Source of the DNA: Moniliella sp. 'wahieum'
Lineage: Eukaryota
Length of the DNA stretch: 64,000 nucleotides
NCBI GenBank assembly: GCA_003971905.1
Contig: RSEE01000020.1
Span: 310,001-374,000 of the forward strand
Direction of reading: 5' to 3'
Shown here: positions 11,155 through 23,802 of the stretch, in pieces
Numbering within the stretch: the first letter of the stretch is position 1
Layout of the letters: each line of letters starts with the position of its first letter
Notes under the pieces: model-generated
The model's input: the letters and a program-made list of their open reading frames with translations, nothing else
Databases searched by the model: none
What the model was told of the DNA's origin: nothing
Position numbers and translations under genes: made by a program

Positions 11155-12019
11155 GTCGGAGCCACAGACTTGAAGGCCCCGGGGCAGAGAACGGAGAGGG
11201 ATCAGGAAGATCGAGATGGGCGAGGGAAGACGCAAGGCGACGAGCAGGTCGATAACTGAGACGAACCGACCTGCTCGTCGCCAATATACGAGGGTTGGGG
11301 GGTGAAAAGCGGAAGGTGGTGGGGTGGTGAGAAGGCTCTTGCCGCCGCCGGATGTGGGGCGTTGGCTTTATGGAGAGCTCGACGAAGGAATGAAGCGCAC
11401 AGACAGACAGGCGTGGTGCCTATAGGTGGGCGGGGGCGCTCGGAGAGAAAAGGTAGGGACAAGAGCAGTGTGTTTTAGTTGTGGGTGGCGTCGGGTATCG
11501 GACACCAACAAGGCCGCCTATTCAAGCTTCAAGCTTCAAGGTCGTAGGCCCCACAGGCAGTAGATGACTCAATTGAGTATATAGTGAGCGCAGAATGGCT
11601 TATCTTCCCACTCACATGTATATAGTGCGCCACATAGAACCCTTTTACAGCACCCTTTTGAACGCGTGCGGTCTCAAGCGTACACTGGTTAAGGAAATTA
11701 AGTACAGGTACACAGCGTGTGTATAGCCTGGGTAAGAGATATGTATCTGGACACTAAAATTTGCTCTACAACCCCCTCCACCGGATAGACGAAGATATAG
11801 GTACGGCGCCCCTTGTTGACATTTTGCTCCCTATACCCGATTGTGTGCTGGGGGCTGAACGCATCATATTGGCGTACACAGTGAACATAATGCAGTTATA
11901 TATTACGAAGAGGCACATACTTTTCAAGCTTTACCGGTTACCATTTAATCCCACATGTAAGAACGCCCCTGAGGTCTCCCTGAGGGGCCTGAGGCGCCTA
12001 CTGAGGACGTATTGAAGAC

Positions 12020-12061
12020 TCAAGCTTCAAGCTTCAAGCTTCAAGCTTCAAGCTTCAAGCT
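12020..12061. repeat. Heptamer tandem array (TCAAGCT)x6
   Basis: Read directly; a shorter array of about 3 units is at 11521-11540. Confidence 0.95.
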
Positions 12062-12430
12062 CAACGTTCACAAGTTGAACGTTCACGCGGTTCACAGCCT
12101 ATATAAACGTTGAACAATCCTGAGCGCCCTGAGCTGCCTACCTGGACTTTTGGGATCGGCCTAAAAAGCAAATTACAGAGACTATATCAACACCGTCTTC
12201 CCACAATCTATATCCCTTGGAGGCCGCTCAGCAGCACTAACGTTCGGCGCTCATTAAAAGCCCATTCACCGGTCAACTTTCTAGCTTTCAGCTTCAAAAG
12301 CTTCAACGACGGCCATCTGGATGTCAGCATGGCTGCGTCATCATGCCACATTCCATCCCCTCTGTTGGCTCTTCTCTCCCCTCTCCTTCTTCCGGCCCGC
12401 TCTCACAGAGCTGCTGGAATAATTCTGATG

Positions 12431-12660
12431 GTCCTCGAGGGTGATGCGGTATGGTGATAGTGGACTAAGCCAACCAAAAACACCTACAGACGAACTTCAA
12501 GCAGCCAGGCGCGACCAGGGGCTACCACTATAAGTTACGGGACAAGGAAAACAGAAGCGAGAAAACAACGGGACTGATGCTAGGCCTCAGTGACGCCGAC
12601 GGACTGAAGGGACGTTGGCCAAAACAAAGAAGCCACCCCCGCTGTGGATCAACAAGAAGT
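12431..12660 (+). repeat. Dispersed degenerate repeat family D, copy 1 (decayed ORF/TE remnant)
   Basis: Shares GGTCCTCGAGGGTGATGC, CTAAGCCAACCA, CCTACAGA, GAGAAAACAACGG and ACTGAAGGGA..TTGGCCAAA in the same order with 25500-25720. Confidence 0.75.
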
Positions 12661-13413
12661 ACTCAGGCACCTGCCCGTCACCAAAACAATGAGAGCTCCT
12701 TTTATCTAACAACATTCAGATTTCCAGTCTTCAACCCTTCCATTTCCCCTGCAGTTACTTCCGGCTTCCAAAAGCTAATACCTGACGGAGTGCTGTAACT
12801 GTCATGACTATTGTTGGGTGCCCCACATTCTCGACACACTAATGGTCATTTCACACAGAACTCCTCCCGTGGCAGATTCCAGTATCCCCCGTCATCGACG
12901 ATGTGACTATTGTGGCCATCTTCCCTATACCTAACGAGACGGCCGACTCGGATTAGCAGGTTCTTCTACACCAATCGACATGTCACCAGAAGGTGGGCTC
13001 AGCCCGTATGTTATGGACCCCATTTTCACAACTCTGTGTGTATACACCTCGGCTGCGGTCTAAATGCCATGAATAAACTTGCACTTTGGGGGTGGTATAT
13101 TGGGATCGAGCGCATCAATTGATGAATGAAACCCCAAGAAGGGTCAATTGAGGCTAGTTTTGCTTTCTTGCAGCAGAAGAATCCTGCCAAGTGCGGTTAA
13201 CGGCCCCTTCCCAGAGATGGGTAGCCCAATGGTAGCGCGATAGTGACAACTACTTCATACATAACTCCTGGACCGAGAGCATTCCTTACAGGGTGTCTGG
13301 AGACTGAGTGAGCACATAGTCTTTTTCTATCGCCCGAAGAGTGGTGGGACATGGATGGAAGGATTGGAGCAACGTATGCTCGGAGAAAACCACCGACGAA
13401 TCAATCAAATTGG

Positions 13414-13800
13414 TTATGAGCGGGGCCTGTCTTGTTCGAACTCCTTTTGAACCATCTCTTCGGCGAGCTGGTAGATCAAGCGTCCGGTGTCGTTCAGTGG
13501 TGTGTCCTTGGGGTCACGATGCGCTGCCAAGCCTTCAGGCTGAGGCGGTGGAGTCGGCTCCACATATTCTCCCTTACCAATCGCCTTTCGCTTTGCGGAA
13601 CTGTAGATCGAGAACGTCAGTTCGCTGAAGCATTGGAGCAAGCAGTGGGTGGCCATGAAAGACCCGAGACCGAACGAGCATACCTCGGACCTTTCCTTGG
13701 CGCTCCCGGCATACCAAAGAAGAAGGCCAACACCTCCAACACTAGCACCGGCGAGGCCCGTAACCAACGCCCGGTGGACGTAGTCAAAGACGTTAGGCAT
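13414..13800 (-). CDS. COX14: Cytochrome c oxidase assembly factor Cox14-like; intron 13601-13683
   Basis: MPNVFDYVHRALVTGLAGASVGGVGLLLW matches the D..HR..V..L + single TM pattern of fungal Cox14. GTATGC..CTGAC..CTACAG intron. The 3' end depends on one indel. Confidence 0.65.
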   Translation of the reverse strand: MPNVFDYVHRALVTGLAGASVGGVGLLLWYAGSAKERSEVCSFGLGSFMATHCLLQCFSELTFSIYSSAKRKAIGKGEYVEPTPPPQPEGLAAHRDPKDTPLNDTGRLIYQLAEEMVQKEFEQDRPRS

Positions 13801-15268
13801 GTTGGTAGTGAAAGTGGTGGTGGTATGCAATCGTCAGCGCTCAGCCTGAGCGCCATTCGGCCGGCAACCGCAACCGTTCCACTTCCTACCCAGTGTTACG
13901 TAATGAACATCCGATGCCGAATAATTTACCCCGTTTCAGACGTGTAGAAATAGCCGGGTGACATGTGACAGAAGAGTCCATTGGAGATACGACTCTCATC
14001 GACCTCACGGCTCCACACCAGGGTCCATAACCACGTCTCCATTTGTATCCACCCGCGCTACATCCTTTTTGGAAACGAGTGACAGGAGCCAGAAGGCCTC
14101 CCGACAACGTACAGTAACTCTGGGACCGCGCGTATAATATTATGGGAGAGAGAACTTGATTAGCGTGTGTTATATGGAGAAGAAAGCCGTGAGAGACGAT
14201 TTTGAGGACGCAGTATATTAAAACCCATAACAGGAGATGGAGGGATGGGGGAAAATGAGGATAGTAGATGGATTGGATACATCTAAGGACGGACTGGAGG
14301 TATATGTACCTCAGAAGGAAGGGGGCACAGCCGAGAGGTGAACACAGGATCTCCCAACTGATAGGAATCACGCCATAGTGTCCATACGGGCCTAGTGGGC
14401 CAAGGTCCCCCTAGGAGGGTGTGATTCTGACACCCAGGAAAAGCTACCCTATATACTGTAAGTGTGTGCCACTTATGAAGACTTTGTCAGTATTCAGTAC
14501 ACAGTCCAATGATGGCCACATGTGGTCTCTTGCCTTGGAACAACGCCTTTTTCTGGATCACCGTGTGGGGAGAGATACGAAAAAAATGAGCTCTTTTTGC
14601 CTAGCTTGATTACCCCCCCCCCAGCATTATACTCATTTACAGATGGATCTCCCCTTTACCGCTTGCTTTTCTCCCAAAGGTGGTAAATATAGGAAACTCT
14701 TTTGCCTTGTACCAACTCCATTTGTGCGTGCGTGTGTTTCCCACATCAAGACAGACAGCTATGGAAACAAAAAGTGTGGTTTATTGACTGAGAGACCCTT
14801 CTTTGCTGGTCGATCTGAACACAGCTATTCTGGTCCTGGACCATGAAGGAAAGGGAAGTTATATACAGCACTTTTCGAAAGCCCACCATTTTGGTCTTAA
14901 ATCTCGGGAGAGCTGATCGTGACCCCCAAAAGGGATACGTTGCTTGCAGCTATTATTGTCTCCATGCTGTTGTGCTTTGGCTGAAACCATCAGTCACATT
15001 GCTCAGTCTTTGATGAGCATATGAAGAGTCATGCGAGAGGAACCAATGTCTAGATAATGGTGGGGAATATACTAGCAACTGATTTTATTGATGGAGAGAT
15101 AAGGAAAAGCAAGATTGGAAGAAATGAACAAGGCAGAAAAGAGGAGATGTGCGACAGACATTTTTGGAAATGAGAGTGAGCTGAGGGGCTCGGAGGGGAT
15201 GCCGATTCAGCGAGGCCGTCTTTTTCGTCTTTCTCAGAGGTTTCTGTGCCTGGGCGGTTTTCGACTTC

Positions 15269-15423
15269 TCTATACTGCATCCATATCATTGACAGAGCTT
15301 AAGGCTGGGACAGGCAGAAACGCTACGCCTAAACCGACCACAGTTCATCTTGCGCGTGTTACTAGTACTTGGTAGCGCCATCCCTGCTAGGGAACCAGGG
15401 GAATCGCCAGGATATCAGGACCC
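15269..15423 (+). mobile_element. Dispersed ~155-bp repeat family H, copy 1 (possible non-autonomous Helitron 5' end)
   Basis: TCTATACTGCATCCATATCATTGACAGAGCT..TAAGGCTGGGAC..AAACGCTACGCCTAAACCGA..GGAACCAGGGGAATCG.CAGGATATCAGGACC recurs at 33928 (+) and 49364-49518 (-). The class assignment is tentative. Confidence 0.6.
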
Positions 15424-16574
15424 TCTGGTGCTCGCCATCCGGTCCCGTACCCGAGGTAGCGTGTGTGGACATGGGACACGGATGAACGTGTAGACATCTG
15501 AGCGAGGAACCATTTCCATTGAGACTCAGTCATAAATCGCTTCATGCATATGCCCTGAGGACCTGAGCCTCAGGCCTCAGGTCACGCGTCACGGTCACCG
15601 GTCATACATGCATGGTCGGCAGATCACCGGTAAGAGGTCAGATCTCAGATCTCAGACCCCTCAGCCTGAGGGTAACTGGTAACGAGGACTAGGCAAAGGG
15701 GCACTACTAAAGGGTGCTGGCTCTGGGGCGTGTGTGGCTTAGCAATACAAGACTAGGTACGACACGACGACATGTGCGCAGGTGATGCATGATGTATGAT
15801 GCACCAATGATTCTCAGGTCTCAGGCTGAGCCTCAACGCTGAGCCGCTGAGCCGCTGAGCCGCTGAGCGCTTAGTTGCTGAGGCGCCGTGGCCCAAAGCT
15901 GGGAAAATATTGGAGGGTGGACCCTGGCAGGCCTGGGCGGACTGCACCAGCCAGTTGTTTCTCGGGCAAGCCATCATTTGCTCCGTTTCGCCGAATTATT
16001 CGCAGGGAACTGGACAGGGGGGCAGTGTTCGGGCAAAAATCTGTTGGCCTGCTCTGCCTGCTGCCGGCTGCCTGGAAAATTTTCTGGGTTTACATGTGGC
16101 CAGCAAAAAAAGAGCGACAGAGGGTCGAATGGCGCTGTTCTGCAGGTGACTGAAGCACTCACGACTCGGTTGGCTGACAGCGCGGACACACGTTCAGTGC
16201 TTACAGTATCTGGCCACTAGTGACTAACTAGTGAGGGCGACCAAACCCTACCAAGGCGACCGACAGGTATACGTAGGAGAGAGAGCCAGCCCACAGGTTA
16301 CCTTTCTTCTTTTCTCTTCCACCAGTTCGCTTAATTCAGGAACTGGTGGAACCGCCTTCTTCTGCCCATGTCCGCTGACCTCGTCGAAAACACCCCGCCG
16401 GTACGTCCCCCCTCTCGAAGGTGGAAGCTGGAAGCAATCCTGCTTCTGTTGCTCCCATACCCGCAGCTTCGAGCCCACGCTCACGCGTTGTCTGCTGCTG
16501 GTAGGAAATTGCCGCGCTACCAGCCAACGAGCACATTATTCATGCTCCGGGTGTCCACACCCCACACCACCACC

Positions 16575-18554
16575 ATGGCCACTACCCGATCCCATCCACA
16601 GATGCCGCCGTCCATTCGGGCGGCGTATCAGTTGAGCCATCTGACCTGGAGCTTCATCCCAAGGGCTTAGACGAAATTCAAGAGAAACCCAGTTCCGCTT
16701 CTGGGAATCTAGCTGCGCAACCTGAGGAGCAGATCTCGGATCCGGCACCCACAGAGAAGCCTCCGAGTTACAACATTGGCGAGCCGGTGCACCGTCCCAA
16801 TGTTTTGCTGGAGAAGATTGGTCACTTTTTCCACACACGCTACTTTATTATCCTGCGTGATTTCCTCTCTTATTGGCCTTCTCCTGGGTATTTGGATTCC
16901 TTCAGTCGTGCGCAAGCAGCATCGTCATAAGTGGGTTATTACCACCATTCTCTCATGGTTCTTCATTGCCCTCATTCTCCTCCACAACTCCAAGTATATT
17001 CCCCAACGACCCTTCATCCGCCTAATGTCCTACACCTGGACGAAGTTTGTCGAGAAGCCGTGGTTCCGGTTGCCTTACTATTTCCGTCTCGCCTTCGGCT
17101 GGCTCTGCCTCGCGGCCCTTTACTTTGGTACTGCTTTCGGTATCAAGGCTACGCACGATGCACCTTATCGCCCCCGCGGGATTGCCATCTTCGGTATTTG
17201 TGTCAACTACTCGATTATTCCTTTTGAGCAAGAATTGGCGGGCAGTGCGGGCTTCGACGACTATCATCGGTCTCGGCTTACAGATGATCCTAGGTCTTCT
17301 GGTGTACAAGACGGGCGCTGGGTACAATCTTTTTGGTTGGATTTCCACCGCATTGACCGATCTCCTTGAACAAGGCCAGATTGGTGGGGCCACGTTCTTC
17401 TGGAATGCGCAGTTCGTTTCGTATGGTAAGTTGTACGTCATGCCTACTGTCTGGCGTCTGACTCTCGCTTTCTTCTAGGTTTCTTCTTTGTGAACACACT
17501 CAGTTCCATTCTCTTCTTTGTTCTTTGGCGACAATGCTTTTCTACGTGGGCGCCCTTGGATGGGCGATTTCCAAGTGTGCTTGGTTCTTTTACAAACTGT
17601 TTGGCATTTCGGGCGCCGAAGCGGTTGTGGCAGCTGCTTCGCCCTTCATTGGTCAAGGTGAAAACTGTGTCCTGACCCGCCCCTTTGTCCCCGAATTTAC
17701 CGAGAGCGAATTCCACCAAGTCTTGACCTCAGGATTTGGTATGTGCTTTCCTCGTCTTCCCTGTCGATACGTTTTTGCTATGATGGCGTCTGACCTATCG
17801 TTTCTATTCTTTGCAGCTACGATTAGTGGCTCGGTGTTCATTGCTACGTCAATTTGGGCATGTCGGGCCGTGACCTGCTTCTTTCGTCAATGATGTCTAT
17901 TCCTGGATCGATTGCCGCCAGTAAGATTCTCGTGCCCGAAACTCAACGTCCATGGACACTGGGTCGCGTTGTACTTTCGGTGGGTACGGAGGACTCGGAG
18001 GACGACGAGGAACGTTCGGCGAATGCGCTGCACGCATTGTCGAACGGCGCAGCGTTTGGTGTCAGGGTCGTCTGGCTCATTTGGGCCAATGTACTTTGCA
18101 TCTTGTCGCTTGTATACACCATTAATGGTATCTTGGCCTGGATTGGCGAGTTTTGGGGGATGAACCGGACCGGGGAGAGTCGCTGTCGCTCTATCTTATC
18201 GGAGGCTACATCCTCTACCCCTATGTCTGGCTGCTGGGCGTGGAAGGAACAGACTTGCTCAAGGTGTCTCGCATGATCGCCCACAAGATTGTCGCCAATG
18301 AGTTTGTTGCCTACAAGACCTTGCACGATAAGTTGCAGCAGGACCCCAACTATCTTACCCCGCACAACCTTCGGGTTTGTACACTGGCGCTTTGTGGTTT
18401 TGCCAACTTGGCCTCGATGGGCATTAGCATTGGCGTCATGTCCGCCATGGCACCCAAACGGGCTGACTCCATCATCCGTCTCACGCCGACTGCTTTGTTG
18501 ACCGGCGCAGCGGTCACTTGCATGACCGCCGCCATTGGCGGTATGATCAACTAA
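16575..18554 (+). CDS. CNT1: Concentrative nucleoside:cation symporter (CNT/SLC28/NupC family); introns ~17426-17478 and ~17739-17816; frameshifts
   Basis: Motifs GLGLQMILGLLV, SGAEAVVAAASPFIGQGE, SEFHQVLTSGF|ATISGSV, SMMSIPGSIAASK, KIVANEFVAY, ALCGFANLASMGI. Confidence 0.93.
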
Positions 18555-19955
18555 CCTCCCCCCCTCCTCCCCAATCCCCTCACACACATACTGCTCTCAC
18601 AAAAACTGCTCTTCGCAGAGCACATCGCATCCTCTTCATTTTTGGGTGATGATCCAGCGATAACCTGCATGTAGCCCGACTGCGGACATCCTTGCATGTC
18701 TCCCATTCTATCACATCAAAAGCATAAACCCCTCTCACGCTTAATGCACGCATCCTTACTATACATCTCCATCCTCTCCTTCCTTAGTATCGCTCAGGTC
18801 ACTCGTAAATTCTCTCACCAAGGCCCCACTGCATCAGGCTTCAGGTTTACTAGTAGAATTCACTGAGTTCAAGCCTTCTATCACAACACCACCCCATCGT
18901 CCTCTTTGCCTCCCGGCCCCTCCCTTTCCGGAAGGAAACTGCTGATGCATCTGCGCGTGGCTGGTTTGGTCCGTCGCTAATCTTCATGGCAGAACAGAAG
19001 CTTCGGTTCGAGCGGATTCTCGGATATCGCTCCCTTCGCTGAACGAGAGAACGTTCTAAAGATGATGCTGCAGACTGGAGCCGGGAGAGCGTCGTTCCCA
19101 TGTATAGCCTTCGTTTGGAACTTTTACGACCAGAACCACTAAGGCTTTACCGTGACCTGGCATCCTCTCTCTCGTAAGTACCAAGTGCTCCACCTGTGCT
19201 ACCGATGGCACCAATCTGAACCGGGATCTCGGTGGTTCAAGTCAATCGGCCAAGCCTGGAGACCACTGGAGATCAATGTGACAGACGCGCCGGCTGTGGT
19301 CGTCGTCTCTCCTAACGCCTTTGGCATGAACGACAAGGTCGGCCTAGAAGGCATAGCATGGTTATTGGCCCTCCGCCGAGTGAGGTACAGACTTATCGAA
19401 AGGAAGTTCGGTGGCATAATGGTAGACTAGAAGCAAAGGGCGCGGGGACCAGAAAGACAGGTTTTTATAAGCATAGGAACCTTACGCTTATTCAGGGTAA
19501 CGTGGCGTTAGCAAGTACGGAAAGGTCATGCAAACAAAGGATGAAAGTCAAGGAAAATGTTTTGAGAAGAACAAGACAAACAATCCTTTTCCAGGACACT
19601 AGAGGGAAAACATGGGCGGTCAAGCGCTAAGGCCACACCGCTGCGATAAACCACACTGCTCGAACCCAACCCATTCAAAAAACGATGCATGGCTCCCAAA
19701 AGGTTTTGGGAGAAACCAGACGGGTACAGATTGGGCTCGAGAAATGGGTTGAGAACGGACAAGGAGGTGGGATCAGAGTCACCCGGACTGAGAGCGAGGA
19801 AAGGGGCACTCGTCTTCCTGTCTTGGGGACAGGGGAAGTGGTCGGGGCTGTCGCTCGAAAGAGGGGGGTGAAACGAGGATCCTGGTGGAAGCCAAATGGG
19901 CCCTTGAAGGGTTATTATCAAGTTGAGTCGTCCGCTCGCGTGGGGAGTAAGAGAA

Positions 19956-22900
19956 TTAGAGCGCCAAAGCTGGGTCAAAGGCGTCGTGGAGTAGGTTTTC
20001 CAATTCGCGCAGGTGGTGCTTCTTGATACCCGTAGCGACCGAGGCCGAAGGAGGACGCGAGGCGCACCGTGGGAACGTGTCCCGGTGGTGCTTTGAGTGA
20101 ACGGCGGCCGTACGCAGACGCGGGCCCACGTAGAACCAGCAACCATTGTTCAGCGGCTCCTCCTGTACCCAGGCCAGGTCCGCATTCGGGTACTTGTCCA
20201 GGTGAGGCGTCAACTCGTCATAAGGGAAGGGCGAAATTTGCTCCAGACGCTGATTGCCACGTCCTTGATGCCTTGCTCGCGACGACGCTTCAGGAGCTCG
20301 TAGTACACTTGGCCCGTGCAGATAATATGCCGACGAATTTGGTCAGGCGCAACCAGCGCGTCTTCACCTTCTGCTTCATGGGGCTCAGCAATGTACTTCT
20401 TGAACCCACCTGCACCAGGGAGGAAGTCTTTGAGCTCCGAACGGGCCATGGGATGACGAAGAAGTGACTTGGACATAAAGTGGATCAAGGGCTTGCGGAA
20501 GTCACGGTGGACTTGGCGGCGGAGCACGTGGAAGTAGTTCGCCGGTGTGGTGGTGTAGACCAGTTGCATATTGCAGTCCTGGTGCTGACGGTTCATCTCG
20601 GCCGGGGTGGGGAAATGGAAGGGGGTGTCATCACAGAGCTGGAGGAAGCGTTCAATACGAGCCGAGAATGTTCGGGGCCCTGGCCGTCATACCCGTGGGG
20701 CAAACTGAGCACCAAACCGGTACGTTGAAGCCACTTGCGCTCACCCGAAGCAATGAACTGATCGATGATGCACTGGGCGGTGTTAGCAAAGTCACCGAAT
20801 TGTGCCCCCACATTGTCAGGTTCTTGGGGTCGACGAGCGAGAAACCAAGCTCAAACCCGAGCGTGCCGTACTCTGAAAGCGACGAGTTGCAAATCTTGAA
20901 TGGCGCCTGGTGAGCATCAATATGCTCGATGGGGGTGTATGTCTCCTCCGTCTTTTGGTCATGGAGGACGGCATGACGCTGGGAGAACGTGCCACGCTCG
21001 ACATCTTCACCGCTCACGCGGATAGTACCTTCCTTGACGAGGGAACCAAATGCCATAGCCTCACCTGTCGACATGTCGATACCCTCACCCGTTTCAACCG
21101 TCTTCATGCGGTTACGGAGAATACGGCCAAGGTTGCTGTGCACGTTAAAGCCTTCAGGATAGGACGATACCGTCTTTCCGATGTGAAGCAAAAGGTCCTT
21201 GTCCACACCCGTTTCCTTGTGGTCAAGAATCTTCTCTTAAGCTCCTTGGGCGATGGGAAGCCCTCCCAGGCGGACGAAAGCCATTCGCGCTCACCAGGGT
21301 TGTAGTCCTTGGCCTTGACAGCCGACTCTTCCAGCAAGCCCCATACCCACTTTTCGTGCTCGTCAACTTGCTGTTTGGTAAAGGTGCCTTCCTTGATCAG
21401 CTCTTCGGCGTAGAGCTTGAGCGTCGTAGGCTTCTTGGCAATCGCAGCATACATACGAGGTTGAGTGAACGAAGGTTGATCCGTCTCATTGTGTCCATAA
21501 CGACGGTAGCACACCAAGTCAATTACGACATCCTTCTTGAACTTGTACCGCCAGTCAGCCGCCAGTTGGCACACGAACGTGACCGCCTCGGCATCGTCAC
21601 CGTTGACGTGGAAGATGGGTGCGTCAATGGCCTTGGCCAGGTCGGAGGGGTATGGGGTCGACCGGGAGAAGCGAGGGTCAGTGGTAAAGCCAATCTGGTT
21701 GTTAACAATGATGTGGATCGTGCCACCCGTCGAGTAGTTAGGCAAGTTGTACATGCCCATCGTCTCGTACACCACACCTTGGCCAGCAAAGGCCGCGTCA
21801 CCGTGAAGCAAGAGAGCAACCGATGTCTTTGGTCCTTGTCTCCGGCAAAGTCTTGCAAAGCACGAGTCTTGCCCGTCACGACGGGGTCTTCGGCCTCAAG
21901 GTGCGAAGGATTGGCACCAGCGAGAGGCAACTTACGGCCACTGGGGGGGGACGAACATAGTTGGCACCCAAGTGGTACTTGACGTCTCCGCCTCCATCTG
22001 AGCCATCATCGGCACCCTTGAATTGGTTCAGATACCTTCGACGGGACGGCGAATGACATTGGCCAGAACATTCAGACGACCACGGTGGGGCATACCAATC
22101 GTCACGCTGCTAGCACCTTGGTCAACCAAACGGTCAATCAGAGCCTTGACACCGGGAATGAGCGATTCACCGCCTCAAGACCAAAGCGCTTGTCGGTGGG
22201 AACTTGCTGGCAATGAAACGCTCGAAGTTGTCCGACCAGATGAGACGATCAAGGATGCGCTTTTCTCCTCAGTCGAGTACTTGTAGGGATCGGGGCGCTC
22301 GATCCGAGCACGGAGCCAGTCACAGCGCTCACGATCAGGGATGTGCATATACTGGTAACCAATCGAACCACAGTAGATCTTCTTGCATGCGTCAATCAGC
22401 TCACCAATGGTCATCTCTGACTTGGCGCTGGTAAAGTTGGGCAGCAGGCCTGGCTAACCTTGATCGTTTGCCCAAATCGGCTTCGCTGAGGCCGTAGTAC
22501 TCGAGTGTGAGTTCTTCTGGCACAGAGTTACGAGGGGTGATGCCAAGGGGATCCAAATCAGCGAGCCGGTGACCGCGGACTTGGAACGCACGGACAAGCA
22601 GCTGGACCTGCAGCGGGGGCGGGTGGTGGGGAATAGCGTCAGCAGGGAAGAAGGGAACCAGCAAGCAAACACACCTTGAGCTGGGCGTCAACGCCCTGGA
22701 CTTGAGCCGATGTGAGGGGCGCCTGGACAAGAGAGCTGTCACTGAGCGCTGGCGGCAGCACAACGGCGTCTTGGGAGCGGAGACCCTTGTTGAGGCCAGA
22801 AAAGTAGGCGTTCCAGCTGGCATGAACCGAGGACGGGTCCTGCTTCCACTGGCGGTGCATCTCCTAGTAGTAGGCATTGTTGGAGGTGAGGAACTTGTCG

Positions 22901-23061
22901 TTGGCCGACGGCGGGTCGGCGGGGGTGGCCTGGCGCGGAGCGGCGGACGTGGCGAGTTGACGAGCAGCGGCAGGCGAGGCGAGGCGCGCAGCCAAGAGGG
23001 CGGAGGAGAGGGGGCGCACGGGCGTGCGCGTGGGCGCCGAGCGGAGGAGAGAGGAGAGCAT
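19956..23061 (-). CDS. KGD1: 2-oxoglutarate dehydrogenase E1 component, mitochondrial; intron ~22608-22674; many indels
   Basis: Presequence [84 protein letters not shown]. Confidence 0.97.
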
Positions 23062-23778
23062 GGCCAGAGCAGAGCCCAGCGGGGGTGGTGGGCAGCAGCG
23101 AAGCGAAGAAGGCCGCAAGGGGGAAGAGAAGCAGGCTGGCTCAGCGCTTGGGCGAGGCACGGGGTGACTGGAGCCATCACCGGCCAGCAGCAGTTCGGTG
23201 AAGATGTGCCCGTGCGTCGCCAGCGCATGGCGGCCTGCAGGGGAAGGAGGGTAGGGTTGCGCTGTCGCAGGTTGTGGCTGCTGTGGCACCGTGGGGGGGC
23301 TGCAGGGAGGCTGCAGGGGGGCTGCAGGCGGCCTGGCGCCGGGCGCCACCAAGCATCATGCATGCGTCCGCCCGATGGCTGACCCAGCATGCGCTTGGCG
23401 CTGCTTTCTCCCCAGCTGGTCAGCCGGGGTTACGTTTTCCTTGCCACATTGACCGACTCTGCCCGCGGCTGCTTGGAGCCAGTGTCTGGTGTTCCACCAT
23501 GCTTGTTTGCATTGCGGCTGCGCTTCGTGGAGATTCGATGCAGCCCCAGAACCCAAGCCCACACCAACCCAGCGCGGGGAACAGCGGCGCTGGGGCAGCT
23601 GTGACCATCAATCCCCACACCCTGCGCCCGGATCAATGAATTGGCCGATCGCTGTGGCAGGCTGTGGCGCGGCAGGCACTGCTGTGGCTCAGCCCGCCAC
23701 GTGGCCGCAAAGGCGGACATTTGTCCCAATTAATCAGCCGCCGTCTGTCACAACAGCTGCTACGCAGTCACGTGTGGC

Positions 23779-23802
23779 TGACTAGTGACTAGTGACTAGT
23801 GA
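23779..23802. repeat. Heptamer tandem array (TGACTAG)x3-TGA upstream of KGD1
   Basis: Read directly. Confidence 0.9.

Noticed and set aside
13964..14431. Possible solo LTR (TGTGACAGAA...TTCTGACA)
   Set aside because: No matching TSD and no second copy in the window.
18850..19950. Short ORFs between CNT1 and KGD1
   Set aside because: Fragmentary, with no recognisable homology or gene structure.
19956..23061. Many frameshifts and an apparent stop in KGD1 (also in RPL17, RPS24, ATG11, CNT1), suggesting pseudogenes or programmed frameshifting
   Set aside because: Indels are scattered through conserved essential genes whose amino-acid sequence is otherwise intact. Uncorrected long-read error is the simplest explanation.
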